NCBI RefSeq assembly: GCF_006345805.1
Contig: NC_043008.1
Span: 69,874,001 to 69,938,000 of the forward strand
DNA: 64,000 nucleotides
Origin: Octopus sinensis
Lineage: Eukaryota
Direction of reading: 5' to 3'
In this document: positions 12,011 to 25,819 of the stretch, in pieces
How positions within the stretch are numbered: position 1 is the stretch's first letter
Layout of the letters: each line of letters starts with the position of its first letter
Position numbers and translations under genes: made by a program
Notes under the pieces: model-generated
What the model was told of the DNA's origin: nothing
Databases searched by the model: none
Seen by the model: only the letters and a program-made list of their open reading frames with translations

Positions 12011-13292
12011 TGATGTGTGTGTATTGTGTGTGTGTATGTGTGTAGTATGTGTAACTGAACAGTACCGATTGGTCAATAACTGATGAAATATTACGAACCT
12101 TCTGTTTGTCTTCTGTTCATTTTTACATTCAGTATACACTATGTCGTTTGGTTATATACTTTTTCATTTATCAAATAATGGACCACAACACATACCTAAT
12201 TTGTATATATATATATATATATATATATACATACATACATATACATACATGTGTGTCTGTGCTTGCATGTCTGGGTGTGTATCTGAGTGTTTGTCATACA
12301 TCTACCACACTTTCTCAGCATTTAACTATGCATTCACAATTAAACATTGTAATTACATTGCTCAATACAGAACTAATCGAGATAGGAAACATACTAACAA
12401 AGGAACCCTATACTGATGCATGACCTGCTAGAAACAGAAGCCATTTCTTCTTTAAATCACTCACTACCATTTGAGATATAGAAAACCCCATTGGGTAATG
12501 TAGTTGTAGATACATTTTGAAAAATTAAGAGGGGATGGTCACCACCAGAATGCCTGTGATCATTGGTTTGTTTGCTTGGAGTTGATTTGAGGCTAGACTG
12601 GAAAGCATTAGTTGATATCTCATTCAAGTGATAGGAAATTTCCCACCCTATACCAGTAATTAGCAGATTAATTACCAAGGCTGTATTAATAACAACACAC
12701 AATGAAATAATTAATGCACAGGTAGTAGAACCTAGTCACAAATTAAGTCCACTTCTTGATTAGTAAAAGCAGCCAGTCATTAGCAGGGGTAGGGTTCTTA
12801 AATCCATTGATAATGACCTTTCTAATTAACACAACATAGTCAGCATGACTCCTGCCTACAATTAAACACTATTAACTAAATGACACTAATAACCACTTCA
12901 TTGTTAATGAGCAAAAAAGAACAAGAGCGAAAACAGTAGTCTCTATGTGGTTGTTTGATTTGCTAAAAATAACAGCCAAATCATCCTTAAATCACACATT
13001 CCTCTTTCTTAAAATGAATAAAGGAGACTCTTGACAAGTCATTTGTGATGGGATGGTCATGGCTGAAATGGTATGGATCATTAATTCACTCAGTTAGTGT
13101 TGACCTAGGGATAAACATCATCAACAACAAATTCATTCCGGAAAATAATTAAAGCCAGGAAATTCTGGATTCAAAGTGGACAGGAACATTATTTTGGCCA
13201 ATAAAATATAAAGAACTAATGAAGAAATATAAAATATCAATAATGAAAAAGTTTAAACTGGAGCATAGAGATGGTTTTAATAATGTTTATTT

Positions 13293-13712
13293 GCGTAGGA
13301 GTGACTGTGTGGTAAGTAGCTTGCTTATGAACCACATTGTTCTGGGTTCAGTCCCAATGCATGGCACCTTGTGCAAGTGTCTTCTACTATAGCCTCAGGC
13401 TGACCAAAGCCTTGTGAGTGGATTTGGTAGACGGAAACTGAAAGAAGCCCGTCGTATGTATGCATATATATATGTGTGTGTGTGTGTGTGTATGTGTTTG
13501 TGTGTCTGTGTTTGTCACCCCAACATCGTTTGACAACGGATGCTGGTGTGTTTATGTCCCAGTAACTTAGCGGTTTGGCAAAACAAACTGATAGAGTAAG
13601 TACTAGGCTTACAAAGAATAAGTCCTGGGGTTGATTTGTTCGACTAAAGGCGGTGCTCCAGCATGGCCGCAGTCAAATGACTGAAACAAGTAAAGGAATA
13701 AAAGAGTATTAC
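13293..13712 (+). mobile_element. CORE-SINE (OR2-like; name from memory), near full length
   Basis: gtaggagtgactgtgtggtaagtagcttgctt…caccttgtgcaagtgtcttctactatagcc…ggaaactgaaagaagcccgtcg…ctccagcatggccgcagtcaaatgactgaaacaagtaaa. Confidence 0.85.
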
Positions 13713-15089
13713 ATAAACACCCACATGGTTATATACATATGCACAGACATACACAAATATGTATGTATTGACTGGCCTGGTGCAGCCTTCGGGCTTGCCA
13801 GACCCCAGTTGAACCGTCCAACCCATGCTAGCATGGAAAGCGGACGTTAAACAATGATGATGATGATGATGATGTATCTGTGCGTGTTTACTCAATTTGA
13901 GTTCTCTGTTTATATAATTGTATCATTCTAATTCTCTTCTAACCTAATTTAGCTCATTAATTTTATTTTAAAGATTATGACTTAATATCTTAAATTTGAT
14001 TAGAGAGAAAGAGAGAGAGAGAGAGTTTTCTTGGGGTTTTTTTTTCAGTATTTGTAACTAATAGCAACAGGAATTGAGATTACCATTCTCTCATAATTAG
14101 CACTGCTGTACTTTCCAAAGACTGGCTCTTTGGAGTCAGTCAATCCCAGCCTTCTATCATGTGATAGTATTTGTGTTTTGTTACATGAGATAAAAGACCA
14201 CAAATTAAGCAGTGTCAGTTTAATTTCTCCCTTGTAGCTTACAGGTATTTATTTTACTGACCATTGATGAATAAATCATAAACATTTACCTCAGAAGAAT
14301 TTGATCTGGGATTGTTAAATAATGCAGTCGTCTATTAAACACAGCAAGCACAACTATTAGCCTTGCCATGTATAATTCGTTGGTCAACTGGCAAGATTAA
14401 CACCTCTTATATGTAACATTTCTTTCTCTTCATCTACCATGCCTATAGGATTAACCGTTCATGGACCTCCATGCCAGAATCTGAAGATTCATAGTTTTGG
14501 GGAGAAAGAGATTACAGTGGTTTCATGTTTCTTCCTACTGGTTTATTTACAGTTTATTTGGCTAGTTTTCTGCTTCCTTAAGCTTATCCTTGAGGCACAG
14601 GGTCTATTTAATACTGAGACTGAGGTACTAGTTTATGTGGGCCTGAATGGTACATATTGACGGGACTAGCCCTTTGTTGAATTTTATATGCATTAGCTAC
14701 AGGATTATTTTCTGCTGTCTATGCTATTCTGCATAACTGGGTCCTTTGACAGGGACTACCATCCTGGACCAGAGCAAGCTCAAACGACTAAGCAGCAATT
14801 TTATACTTCCATAAAACTCCTAAACTCTAAATTTTCAATTAAAATTTTCATTCACTTGAAAAAAGTGGTTTTTTCATGTGGTAGTTGATTTGTTTACCTA
14901 TAAAAATATATGTCTGAAACAGCAGTTGTAAACCTCAGCTCATTTATGTATTTTTTCATGCCTTACCATCAGATATAGTTTGTCTTGCTCAGGGCAACAT
15001 TTAGCCTAACAATATATTATGAATTGAGCAGCTGACAGAGTTAATGTCTCTCATATCTTCATATTCTGGTTCAAAAATGATCTTTCTTT

Positions 15090-15450
15090 TATTTGTTTCA
15101 GTCATTTGGACTATGGCCATTTTGGGGCCCTGTCTTGACTGGTTTAGTTGAACAAATCAATCTCAGTATTAGTTTATTTAAAGTCTGGTACTTATTCTAT
15201 CAGTCTCTTTTGTTGAACTGCTAAATTACAGGGATATTAAGCAAACTAACATTTGTTGTAGAGTAATGGTGGGAGACAAACACACACATACAGTGGGTAT
15301 CTTCCAGTTGCTGTCTATTAAATTTGCTCTTAAATATTTGGCCAGCCCAAGGCTATAGTGGAAGACACTTGCTCAAGATGCCATGTAGTGGGCCTGAACT
15401 CCAACACCAAGTGGTTGGGAAACAATCTTCTCCCCACACAGCCATGCCTA
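15090..15450 (-). mobile_element. CORE-SINE (OR2-like), degenerate
   Basis: Reverse complement of the 13293 family (tttgtttcagtcattt…gaagacacttgctcaag…cacacagccatgcc). Confidence 0.75.
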
Positions 15451-16189
15451 AACAAATCAAACTCACCTTAGTTCTCTTCAAGACCTAACTTATAAAGCAA
15501 ATTGAAGAAAATTTAGATGTTATTCCAAGCCAATCCAAAGACACAGTTTTCAGAATCATAGTTTGTCAAGTTCAAATAATATCAATCAGTTGTCAGCTAC
15601 ACATTTTGGAAAAGAGAAAATGTTGACTAACTGGAATAATTCATTGATATGGGAAAAACCTCTGAACATTTGTCTTACCTTCTAGAAATAGCAGCTAAAT
15701 ACTGTTCAAATCACATTGTACTATCTTTTTATAAAAATCATCATCATCATCATCATCATTTTAAAAATGACTGCATATATTCACAATTATTTCCCTAAAA
15801 TGAAAAACAAAAAAATCTAAATGGTGATGGTTCTATCTAGAGTGTCATTGTCACAGATCTGTCTCTCTTGTATCATGACTGACAAACACCTAATCAACAG
15901 CACAACAACAATCACAGCAACAATAGCTGGTATTTATATTACTGATGTTGGCAGTATTAAAGATAAGGCAATTCCTTGATAGAACTTAAAGGCACTAAAG
16001 TGAGTATCTTAACCCATTTAATCTAGTTCTCTATAGTTTCTCTCACAATTGACAGACCATTCCTGTTAACTCACAGTGTGGAATGAAAATCATACCACGA
16101 TCAAAAGTTTCTTCTGAAATTAGTAGAATTAATCACCAATTAACAGATGCATATGGCAATAAATCTCTCAAAGAGAAAACCCTTTCATT

Positions 16190-16900
16190 CATACATACAC
16201 CACATATATAACACACTTAACATATATAAAACACACTTAATGCACATATAAAACACACATTTGAAATATGTAAAACACATCATATAAATCAAATGCACAT
16301 TACATATGTATAAGAGCGCACGCATCATATATGACACACATATATATAGAATACATACATCATAGAAATGACACACATCACATGACATACTCTTCACATA
16401 TGTAAAACACATACATCACATGTAGAACATGCATATCACATATAGAGCACATACATTCCACATATATGAAGAGCATACATCACATAATAAGAACACACAT
16501 CAAATATAGAACACATACACATATGTATATATAGAATGCACATACGCATGCATATATAGAAAACACATCAAACGCATCACAATGTATGGAATGTATAGAT
16601 CACAAGTTTGGAACATACATATCACATGCCCCATATCCCATATAGATCATAGATATCACATTTCTGCAACACATTCACTATATATATATGTATATAGATC
16701 AAACACACCACATTTTAAAACACACTCACATCACATATTTAAAACACACACACATCACATATCTGAAACATACACATGCCATGTATGGCATACAACAACA
16801 CATATACTGAACACACACATCACATATGTAGCTCATTCGCATCACATATATGAAACACATTTATACCATATTTGGAACATGGGCATTATATATATGCAGC
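16190..16900. repeat. Degenerate CA/TA-rich satellite (acacatcacatatatgaaacacac-like units)
   Basis: Recurrent cacatcacatat and aaacacacat motifs. Confidence 0.7.
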
Positions 16901-17096
16901 AGTGCTAATAATATGAAGGGAAGTGAATATAAACTATTGATTCAGACATCTTTGCACTCTTAGATAAAAAGTACGACTAGAAATAAATAGCAAAAACATA
17001 AAAATCAAAGAAATAAATAAGGAGATTTTAAAATAATTTCAATATCAAGTCTTGGAATCCGGTGTGTCTGAGGAATATTGGATCGGATGTTAAGAC

Positions 17097-17148
17097 TCAT
17101 AGATTAGGTCTGTCTGATATAGGGTGGTACTCTAAAGGACTAAGTCTT
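17097..17148 (-). CDS. Candidate terminal coding exon (RLSPLEYHPISDRPNL*), unverified
   Basis: Branch-like gctaat and acceptor …tatcaatcaatcag|A; the other two frames hit a stop within 6 codons, and this frame is in phase with the 13-nt exon at 17214-17226. Confidence 0.3.
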
Positions 17149-17213
17149 CTGATTGATTGATAGATAAATAGATTAGCAATAATACTTGGACAGATCAATG
17201 ACGGATTACTTAC

Positions 17214-17226
17214 ATTAAAGGATTAT
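17214..17226 (-). CDS. Candidate 13-nt micro-exon (xNPLI), unverified
   Basis: Acceptor ttttaatatatctttctgtacatag|ATAATCCTTTAAT|gtaagt with a perfect donor; 65-nt intron to the next candidate exon. Confidence 0.3.
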
Positions 17227-17599
17227 CTATGTACAGAAAGATATATTAAAATTTCAGTTGTTGTTGTCGATGCTGTTTGTGGCGGTAGTAGTGGCAGTGG
17301 TGATGGTTGTGGTGCCTGTGTGGTGATGGTGGAGGTGTTGGTGAAGTAGATGTTTGTGATAGATACTCTGGTGGTGGTGGTGTTGCTGGTTGTGGTGATA
17401 ACTGTTTTCGTTGTTGTTGTGATTCTTGGTGATGGTGATAGTGGAGTTTGTATGATAATTTAATCCTATTTCAAAATTAACCATGGAAAATAACAAAAAC
17501 AGTAACATCAGTGATGGTGGTGGTGGTGGTGTTTTTTTGTTTTCTTTTTATATATTTTGCCGCAAGAGCATCAAGTACATAAACATCACAAAACACTCA

Positions 17600-17995
17600 G
17601 CATAATTCACTTCCACTGAAACACACACAGCTAATATGTCTGAAACACAATTTGTTGATTCAGCAGAGACATTAGAACCATTTTGAGAGGCTCTGTCTGT
17701 GTAGCTGTAAATAGGTACAATGATGAGACACATTGCATTGACTGCAAAGCCAGGTGCCACCGCCCATAACATGGAGGAGTTTAAAGTCAATAAATTCTGG
17801 AGTCTGACTGGCCACTATGAGTTTGTGCTGGTTGCTATCCAGATGACATGTAGGACATCATACTACCGATTTCGTCTGCAAAATTGGAATAACAGCAGCC
17901 TATTGGAGAAAGCCTCACAGGATGGAATGGCTGCTGCAATGAGTGCCACTGCCTGTTCTCCATGGCAACGCCACTACAGTGGGGTCCAGCTGAGC
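17600..17995 (+). mobile_element. CRE-like non-LTR retrotransposon relic (RLE-domain C-terminus)
   Basis: RHIALTAKPGATAHNMEEFKVNKFWSLTGHYEFVLVAIQM, then after a frameshift GHHTTDFVCKIG…WLLQ*VPLPVLHGNATTVGS. This matches the recalled CRE pattern SH…AGAAA…KY..L…F.P.AVET / FLFQRLSIA.QRGNA..VLG. Confidence 0.65.
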
Positions 17996-18084
17996 ACCTC
18001 ACTTATTCTAGTGGATGTAGCCCATTTTCCCTCCTACATCTTCTGCTACTTTACCCCACCTCCTTTTCTTTCTTATTTATTCTT

Positions 18085-18475
18085 TTACACTTTTACATGT
18101 TTCAGTCAGTTAACTGTGGCCATGCTGGAGCACTGCTGTTAAGGGTTTTTTAGTTAAAGAAATTGACCCCAAGACTTATTTGTTGTAAGCTTAGTACTTT
18201 TTCTTCCAATCTCTTTTGCTGAACTGCTAAGTTACGGGGATGTAAACATACCGACATCATTGTCAAGTATTGATGGGGAGACACAGACACAAAGACACAT
18301 ACATACATTCATATATATATATATGACAGGCTTCTTTCAGTTTCCGTTTACCAAATTCACTCACAAGGCTTTGTTCGACCTGAGACTATAGTAGGAGAAA
18401 CTTGCTCAAGATGCCATGCAGTGGGACTGAACTTGGAACTGTGTTGTTGGGAAGCAAGCTTCTTACCACACTGTT
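18085..18475 (-). mobile_element. CORE-SINE (OR2-like)
   Basis: catgtttcagtcagttaactgtggccatgctggagcac…cttctttcagtttccg…gggaagcaagcttcttaccacac. Confidence 0.85.
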
Positions 18476-18679
18476 TCTTTGTATTTTTCATTACTGTACT
18501 GCAGAACAGAAACATTGTAAAGTCAAAAGGGCATTTCAACTCCTTGCATGAGAATGACATGGTGAACTTAGTTAAACTAATTCTAAAATTAGTTGAACTG
18601 ATAATTAATTAACAGATACATCTAATTAGAAAACTCCTCAAGGAAGGTACCCTGTTCTTTAATACCATCACAAATATTT

Positions 18680-18960
18680 ATCACCCTTCATTCTTCCCTA
18701 AACTTGTGTACATAATGTAGAAGCATATAACAGCTTTAGCAGCTTAGGGGATGATCATCACTTAGCACAACCAGACTATGTCTTAGTCTATGTACAAGCA
18801 AACTCCTGCATGAAAAAAATGCTACAATTGGTCTACTTTGCGAAATACAGAACTTCAATGGCTTTATACGGTTACAGTGCAATTTAAACCTTGCATCAAA
18901 TCTACACTGACTCCATGAACAGTAACCTGGAAAACAGCCTTAAACTGGGGACACACCAAC
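18680..18960 (+). mobile_element. LINE (RTE/RTEX-like) endonuclease-linker relic
   Basis: VHNVEAYNSFSSLGDDH (APE SDH motif), then through frameshifts RLCLSLCTSK and CYNWSTLRNTELQWLYTVTV. Confidence 0.55.
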
Positions 18961-21900
18961 CTTCTATACATTTAAAACAAAACAAAAAGAGAATCACCTG
19001 ACTTATCAGTGAAGCATAATTGCCACTCATCCTTTTAAAGTCTGAGCAGTAAGTAAATGGAGCCATCACAATCACTCTAAATGGTGGACCTTGTTATCAC
19101 AAAGAAATCACTCTTGGCAAACACATCCTTACCACAGCCAACACTGCCTCTCATAGTTTGGTTTTATCGAAAGATAGACTACCATCACCCCTCCCCCCAT
19201 ATACACATTAATTAATCAATTGAAAACTAATTAGCAAATATATTGATTTATTACAACTAAGCACAAAATGTCCTCTTTATTTTTCAAGAGTTTGTAACAG
19301 AGTTTTAAAATTTATGTCTTTCTCATTGGCATTGGAAATGTGATGTATCACTCTATGATTAAAAAGTTTACTTTACAGTAAAAATAGTTCCAGTTTCAAG
19401 TTGATTGTGAAATATCTGGCAACTTTCTTCTGCTTTTGCCTCGAGTCAACCCATATATTTTAGAAGTGGTGATGGAAACTGTTGTAGTGAAACATCTTTT
19501 AGATTGAAACTACACTAGTATGATGATATTTAACATATTCACTAGGTTTTTGGATACTTTCAGTGGAATCCACTCTGATGCAGGAAGTCAGGTCTGTTTC
19601 CAGTGTGAGGATAGTTAACCCAATAATTTGGTGTATAGTTTCTTACTGTAGTAACCCCTGAATCATGGCTGTTTTCTCTCCCTTCCTGAGTCTTGTTGGT
19701 CATACAATAAACATGACACTGCATTCCAACAAAGACGCTAATATGTCTGTTTGTTTTTTTAAATAGAGATTTGGTAGCTGTTTCTAGCAAGTCAAGCTAT
19801 TATGAGGTGACTCTTTAATCAGCTCATGTTAGAGCAATTGTTTACAACTGAAAACTATTTTTTACCATTAATTGTTCAACTGCGAAATATGAGCGGTTTT
19901 ACATCTGGATATTTCTTCTTGCTCTTGACCACACAACTAAGAAATATGAGTAGAGCTTGTTTTTACGCTTGGATACCACTTCCTACTCCTAACTACTTAA
20001 GTGCTGAATCAGCCACAGTATGTGGAGTTAGATGATATACTTTAGGTTGGGAGGTGTAAGAGTTCAGTGCCCAATTGTTGCAATAAGGCATGAACCCATG
20101 ACTATAGGGTTTGTAGTCTAACACTATAACCATGCAGCCATTGTGTCTTAATAACCATTTTTAATTACAAAATATTGTGACATAATTAAAACAAAACTCC
20201 ACCTTATCCGTAAATTAAAGCCACATCCTTATCTCAGTTCCTACATTCCTTTAACAGTTTAGTCAGAAAACAGATTGGTCACTGCTAGAATCTCTCGGAG
20301 AATAGAATTTTTCTGCAGTGTGTTAAGCAATAACAATTGTTCCAATGTAAGTATGGGAAGATGCAGGCAAAAATAACACCAAGCATCCACAAAAATTCTT
20401 TATAATTCCTCAGTGTTAAAGATATGACAACCATTGGAACTTTGGTAATGAAAACATGATTCTGATATGAAAACAACTGACTGAAAATATGGGGTTTCTG
20501 CCAGGATTTCTTTGACCTGTGATAGTTTCATTGAAAGGTGAAAGGTTCACATTTATGGGTGGGGAAAAATGAAAAGCCTCATGTGAAAAATATTCACCTC
20601 TATCCCATCACAACCCCACTGGAAAATTGCATTCACTGGCAAAGCATTGTATAGAAATGAAGAAAATTTATTGCTTAATTACTGTGTAACTAATAATTAA
20701 TCTTTAATGATACTTACAAAAGATCCATAGAATGGTTCAACTGTGATGAAGTCTTTAAAGACCGAATAGAACACAACCTGGTTATTCGTGTCAAGTTGAT
20801 TGTTAGTCATTAGTTGATGTTGGTGGAATCTATCAGATGAAGGCTAGCAAATATGTATTGTTAATTAAAACACAGGTCATCTCTAATTGTCTTTCTCATA
20901 TAGTCTGGTATTTTATGACAGACAGCTTCTGCTGTGTAGTTATGTATGCTACGTGTGATATTGTTGTCTTGGTTAAAACCCATGCATGGTCTTTGTCGGT
21001 GCAACATAAATGGTGCCTAGCTGAAAGTATTATGGGGAGGATTTCTCTCATTACCAGAGGAAAAGAGTATAGCTAATTTCTCTCATTATCAAATGAAGAA
21101 AGCAGTAGTGTAACTGGTTTCTTCATCTGATAATGGGGAAAATGGTAAGAATTAAGAAGTAAAGCTGATTCATAAAATCAAAACTAGTATCATCATCATA
21201 AGCAGCAGCAGCATAGTTTAACATCCAATTTTCCATGATTGCATGAGGCAGACGAAATTTGTTGACGCAGATTTTTTTATACCCAGATGCTTTTCCTGTC
21301 ACCAACTCTTACCTGTTTTCGAGTAAGTTAACCTACTTGCCAGAATTATGACAAAGAGAACCTATGATTGACGACTGAGACATCCATGAAACATTCTGTT
21401 CATGTTATTGTTGTTGTTTAGCTCTTGATTAATCTTGATTGAACAAAATTTTTGATCTAGACTTTTTCTGCCATGTCTATTTGTCCTTTCCAAGGGACAG
21501 CACCCAGTGGTTCCTCTTTTGTTTGTGAAGGCACTTGGTTTGATGGTTAAAGTGTTGGACTCCTGAATTTAAGCCATGGTTTCATTTCCTAGACGAGGTG
21601 GTGAAGCATTATGTTCTTGAACAAAACACTTCATTTCTCATTGCTCCAGTCAATCTATCTAACTGAAAATGAGTACCAGCTACAGCTGAGAGTTAACCAT
21701 GCAACTGTCTAATGTTTTGTTCATGAGACAAGTATTGTAATCTTGGTTTGCTTACACACTGTGGAAACCAAGATAAACTCTGGCCTGAGTAGCCTGTGAC
21801 TTGTGATAGATCTGTTTACATGTTATTATAACTTTGTTGTTTAAAATATGGTGTGATATGAAGGAGATTTAGTAGCAATTTCTAGCAAATTATATGACCA

Positions 21901-23044
21901 TATAGCAGATCTCCTATTGGTTCAGTCATTTCATGCGGTTTGTCGAGGGGTTTTCAGTTCAACAGAACTCCTGCCAGCTACTGTGTCATTCGTTTCTAGT
22001 ATGTTGTCTATGATTAATAATTACAGGTACAAGGAATAAATGAAATAAATGCTTCAACAAGGGATTGAAATTGCCTCACTTATTCTTGTATCTAAAAATT
22101 TACCAGCATTCTACATCTTCACTATTCTTGTAGGAATATTGTAAATATGATTTTAGAGAATGAATCTTTTACTGTATGCAGCCAATGGGCCATGACTATG
22201 TTGAGGTAGCACCATGACATATTACCAATATATTCTCAAACAATGTAACAAGCAGTTAGACTGAGAAGAAAATGGTTGGGAAGAGCTTAGAACTAAATAT
22301 TTCTTTGAACAACTGAATTATCCCAAAAAAGACTTTATGGTAGAAATCATAATTCAATAAAAAGATTCCAAAACTTTATGATAAATATGAAACGGATGAT
22401 ATTTCTTTGAATTAACAGTCAAAGATAGATATAAGAATGGTTAGATTTTAAGGAGAGAGATACAATGGGTATAAAGAAAAAAAAACACATTTGCTTTAGA
22501 AGAAAAAATAGACACAGGCAATAATTTTGATGTTCAAAAACTCATTTGAATTGAACCTGTTTCATGGATGTGACTTGCCTGTGGCTTTAAATAACAGCAT
22601 TTCTACAGCATTTAGAGAAAAGAAGAGAGAGAGAGAGTTCACTTTTCTGTTAAGATCAACAAAAAAAGTACTCCATCCAGTGGGAGTTAAATATTGTTTA
22701 ATGTACGCAGTATAAAGTTATGAGCAACTAATAGTTTCATACATTGGACATATTGTCTAAACACGTTTTGATGATATACCTAGTGTCTCTAAGCAAACTT
22801 CGGGCTCTGAAAACATAGATTATACAAGTTACATAACAACACAATAAAGCATGAGAAATCACAAGAGGAAGGTGGATGCAAAAAGTGGAAGAGGGGGAAA
22901 AAATCCCTCAGAAAATGAAGGGAAAAAGGAAGAAAATTTGTCATATCCCTTTTGATGATAAATTCATAAAGCTAGTTGGTGTAAAATCAACAGAAAGGGT
23001 GTAAAGTCTGCGATACAGCTGCTGAATTCAAAGAGGATGATGTT

Positions 23045-23700
23045 CTCCAATTCACCCAAAAGAAGTTTGTCCACATGTTTGCATTTGCTGAAAATTTCTG
23101 ATCTGGAATTCAGCAGTGTGGTGGAATTTTTTTTTTTTTTTTCCATCATTTAGCGTCCGTTTTCCATGCTAGCATGGGTTGGACCTAAAAAGGATATGCC
23201 ATTTTTCAGCTATGCAGAATCATTAACATATGTCATGGATTTTCTATGATTTTCCACGTAATTGCATGTGGCATGAATTTGGTCTTCAAGCTTATATGTG
23301 GCTAGCTTAGTGGCTTTACTTTGGCCCACATACCAGAAAGAAGATAGGTGGTTAGTACAGCACCTTTTGAAGTTACCTTCACATAACTAGATATAATTCT
23401 TCTTTTCAGTTAGGTTATCATGTAGCATTGCTGTGACTTTTGCTTTGTATACAATGAAATTTATCATGCATTCCTGGTCATGTGAGCAGGCTCCAAGGTC
23501 TCAACAGTCATAACTGGGAGTGGATTCTTGGTGGTGTTTATGGGTAATTTGGCTCTTCATAATTGGGGAAGCATCTATATGAAAATTTAACTGAGCATCT
23601 GTTGAAGATCTTTCTGTATTTGTGATTTTCTGGGAAATGTTTATCTCTTACCTATGTTAGGTTTAACATTCAGGGAAAAGGGTGAGATGGGGGCCAACTA
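23045..23700 (-). mobile_element. Penelope-like element relic (linker plus GIY-YIG endonuclease)
   Basis: PFSLNVKPNIGK…HFPENHKYRKIFN…FIVYKAKVT…KNYI*LCEGNFKRCCTNHLSSF…NSTTLLNSRSEIFSKCKHVDKLLL. Confidence 0.8.
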
Positions 23701-24129
23701 AATTATTTTTCTATGCGTGTTCTTAGGTCTGTTTTTATGATTCATATAATCACTAGGTGGGTTGTAATATGTCTTACCTTTGAAACCACTGTTAGTTTAG
23801 ATATTATTATATTAGGGGTATGCCTTATCAAAAATTTCTTTAGAAGAGAGATTGGATATCCTATTACTAATGTTAGCTGTCAGGTTTTTAAACAACAGGT
23901 GCATGAGAGGACTGTTTGTGTATGTAGCAAATTTTCTCATTAGACATATAGTATGGTTTGTAAGAGTGAGAGTTCAGATCTTGGGAAACATCAAAAAAAT
24001 TTACTTTTGACAGATTAGTAGCAAGTGATTTTAGGGCCCAGGTGATACATACCCAAGGTGCCATGCAGTAGGATAGAACCAAGAACACTATGGTTGGGAA
24101 GCAAACTTATTATCACACAGCTACACCTG

Positions 24130-24485
24130 TGCCTATTATTTTATTTGTTTCATTCATTTGACTGTGGCCATGCTGGAGTACCCTCAGAACTTATTCTTTG
24201 TAAGCCTAGTACTTATTCTATCAGTCTCTTTTGCTGAACCACTAAGTTATAGGGACGTAGACACACCAACATCAGTTGTCAAGCAATGGTGGAAGGACAA
24301 ACACAAACATATACATATACAACGAGCTTCTTTCAGTTTCAGTCTACCAAATCCACTCACAAGGCTTTGGTCGGCCTGAGGCTATAGTAGAAGACACTTA
24401 CCCAAGGTGTCAAACAGTGAGACTAAACCCAGAACCATGTGGTTTGTAAGCAAGCTACTTACCACACAGCTACTCCTGCACCTAT
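24130..24485 (-). mobile_element. CORE-SINE (OR2-like), well preserved
   Basis: ttgactgtggccatgctggag…ctttcagtttcagtctaccaaatccactcacaaggctttggtcggcctgaggctatagtagaagacac…ccacacagctactcctgcacc. Confidence 0.85.
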
Positions 24486-24885
24486 ATATACTTATAAAAA
24501 CAAACACAAGTGTGTGTTATATGTATGTATGAAAGTGATGTTAGCTTTGTAGCCATATATGGTTTCAGTTTCAGTTACATTGCATCACACTTTGGTCTAG
24601 TGTTTCCTTCTATAGCAAAGAATGACACCTCATCATTCAACCATGCATAAGTTCATACAAGTCTTGCATAATTTATCACACAAAACTCACCTATATGTAA
24701 TGTTGTTTAAAGAACAATGGTACCAAAACAATTGTAACCACTATTAAACTTTATTCTATATTGTTATCTTCATCCTCTTCCTTGTCATATATAAAATACA
24801 TACATACATATAGGAGAGTATTGTAGTTTGCTTGAAGCATTGTGTATTGTTTGTAAAGAATAAAAAGTTTTGAATGGTGTGTGTG

Positions 24886-24925
<40 letters not shown>

Positions 24926-25819
24926 GATTATTATCTTCACTCTCTTAGCTGATTGAGAGCTAGTCTAGTTGAAACCTTACCACACACACACACACTATAT
25001 ATATATATAATGTTGAGTGATGAGTATTCATGTATTTGTGTCTTCTTGTCTTGGCATCACCTGATGGTTGTAGATAAGCATCCCGATCATACAAACAGTG
25101 TCTTTCATTGTCAATCTTCCATGAAAACATGTCAAAAGATGAGGAAATATTGCCATGTTTGGAGACAGGTGGGAATGACAGGAAGGGCATGCAGCCACAC
25201 AAAAATCTGCATCAAAGAATTCCATCTGACCATTCCAAGCGTGGGAAAATGGATGTTAAAGCGATGATGATAGTGGTGATAATGATGCTGTTATATATGG
25301 CAAAAATACAATATCAATTTTTGTAGGAAAGGAAAGAGGATGTAACTTTGGCACTATAGAGCTTCCAAAACCATTTAGCAATTTCCTTGTTTTGGCATTC
25401 TATCACCAAATATATTCGCTTTCTTGCTTTCTTTCAGCCCTTCATTGTCTCTCTCGCTCTCTCTCTCTCTCTCTCTCCCTCTCTATCCTCCAGTTTTATT
25501 ATATGTTCTATTGGTAACTGGAATTATAAGTAGAAAGATGTTTAAATCTCCCACCACTACCAATCAGTACATGTTTAGTACAACACTGTTGAACTAAGAA
25601 AATACACTTTACTGTTTAATGAGCTACTATTTCCCTTCTTTCCAAAAGGGAATTCTCAGCTGTATATAGATGTCACCTACATACAGCTAACTGGACTGTG
25701 CAACGAGTCTTCTCAATGGACATGGTACATGAGTAGTACCAGTTTGAATCCGTGGATTCTAAGTTAGTTGTCTGCTTCTCTATTGAATCTTACTGTTGTG
25801 TTCTTGTAGAGAAACACAC

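Noticed and set aside
12071-12110. ctgatgaaatattacgaac as a hammerhead
   Set aside because: Lacks GAAA and pairing stems I and III.
12457-12702. Minus-strand ORF with apparent AG/GT boundaries
   Set aside because: The sequence is a copy of the atgatcaaagg…gtgaccatcc interspersed repeat.
14439-14660. 73-aa ORF with ctatag acceptor and GAG|gtacta donor
   Set aside because: No recognisable homology; possibly an old TE relic.
19390-19700. Several minus-strand exon-like pieces (VSITTSKIYGLTRGKSRRKLPDISQST*; KGEKTAMIQGLL)
   Set aside because: Mutually incompatible readings with weak acceptors; cannot be chosen without RNA data.
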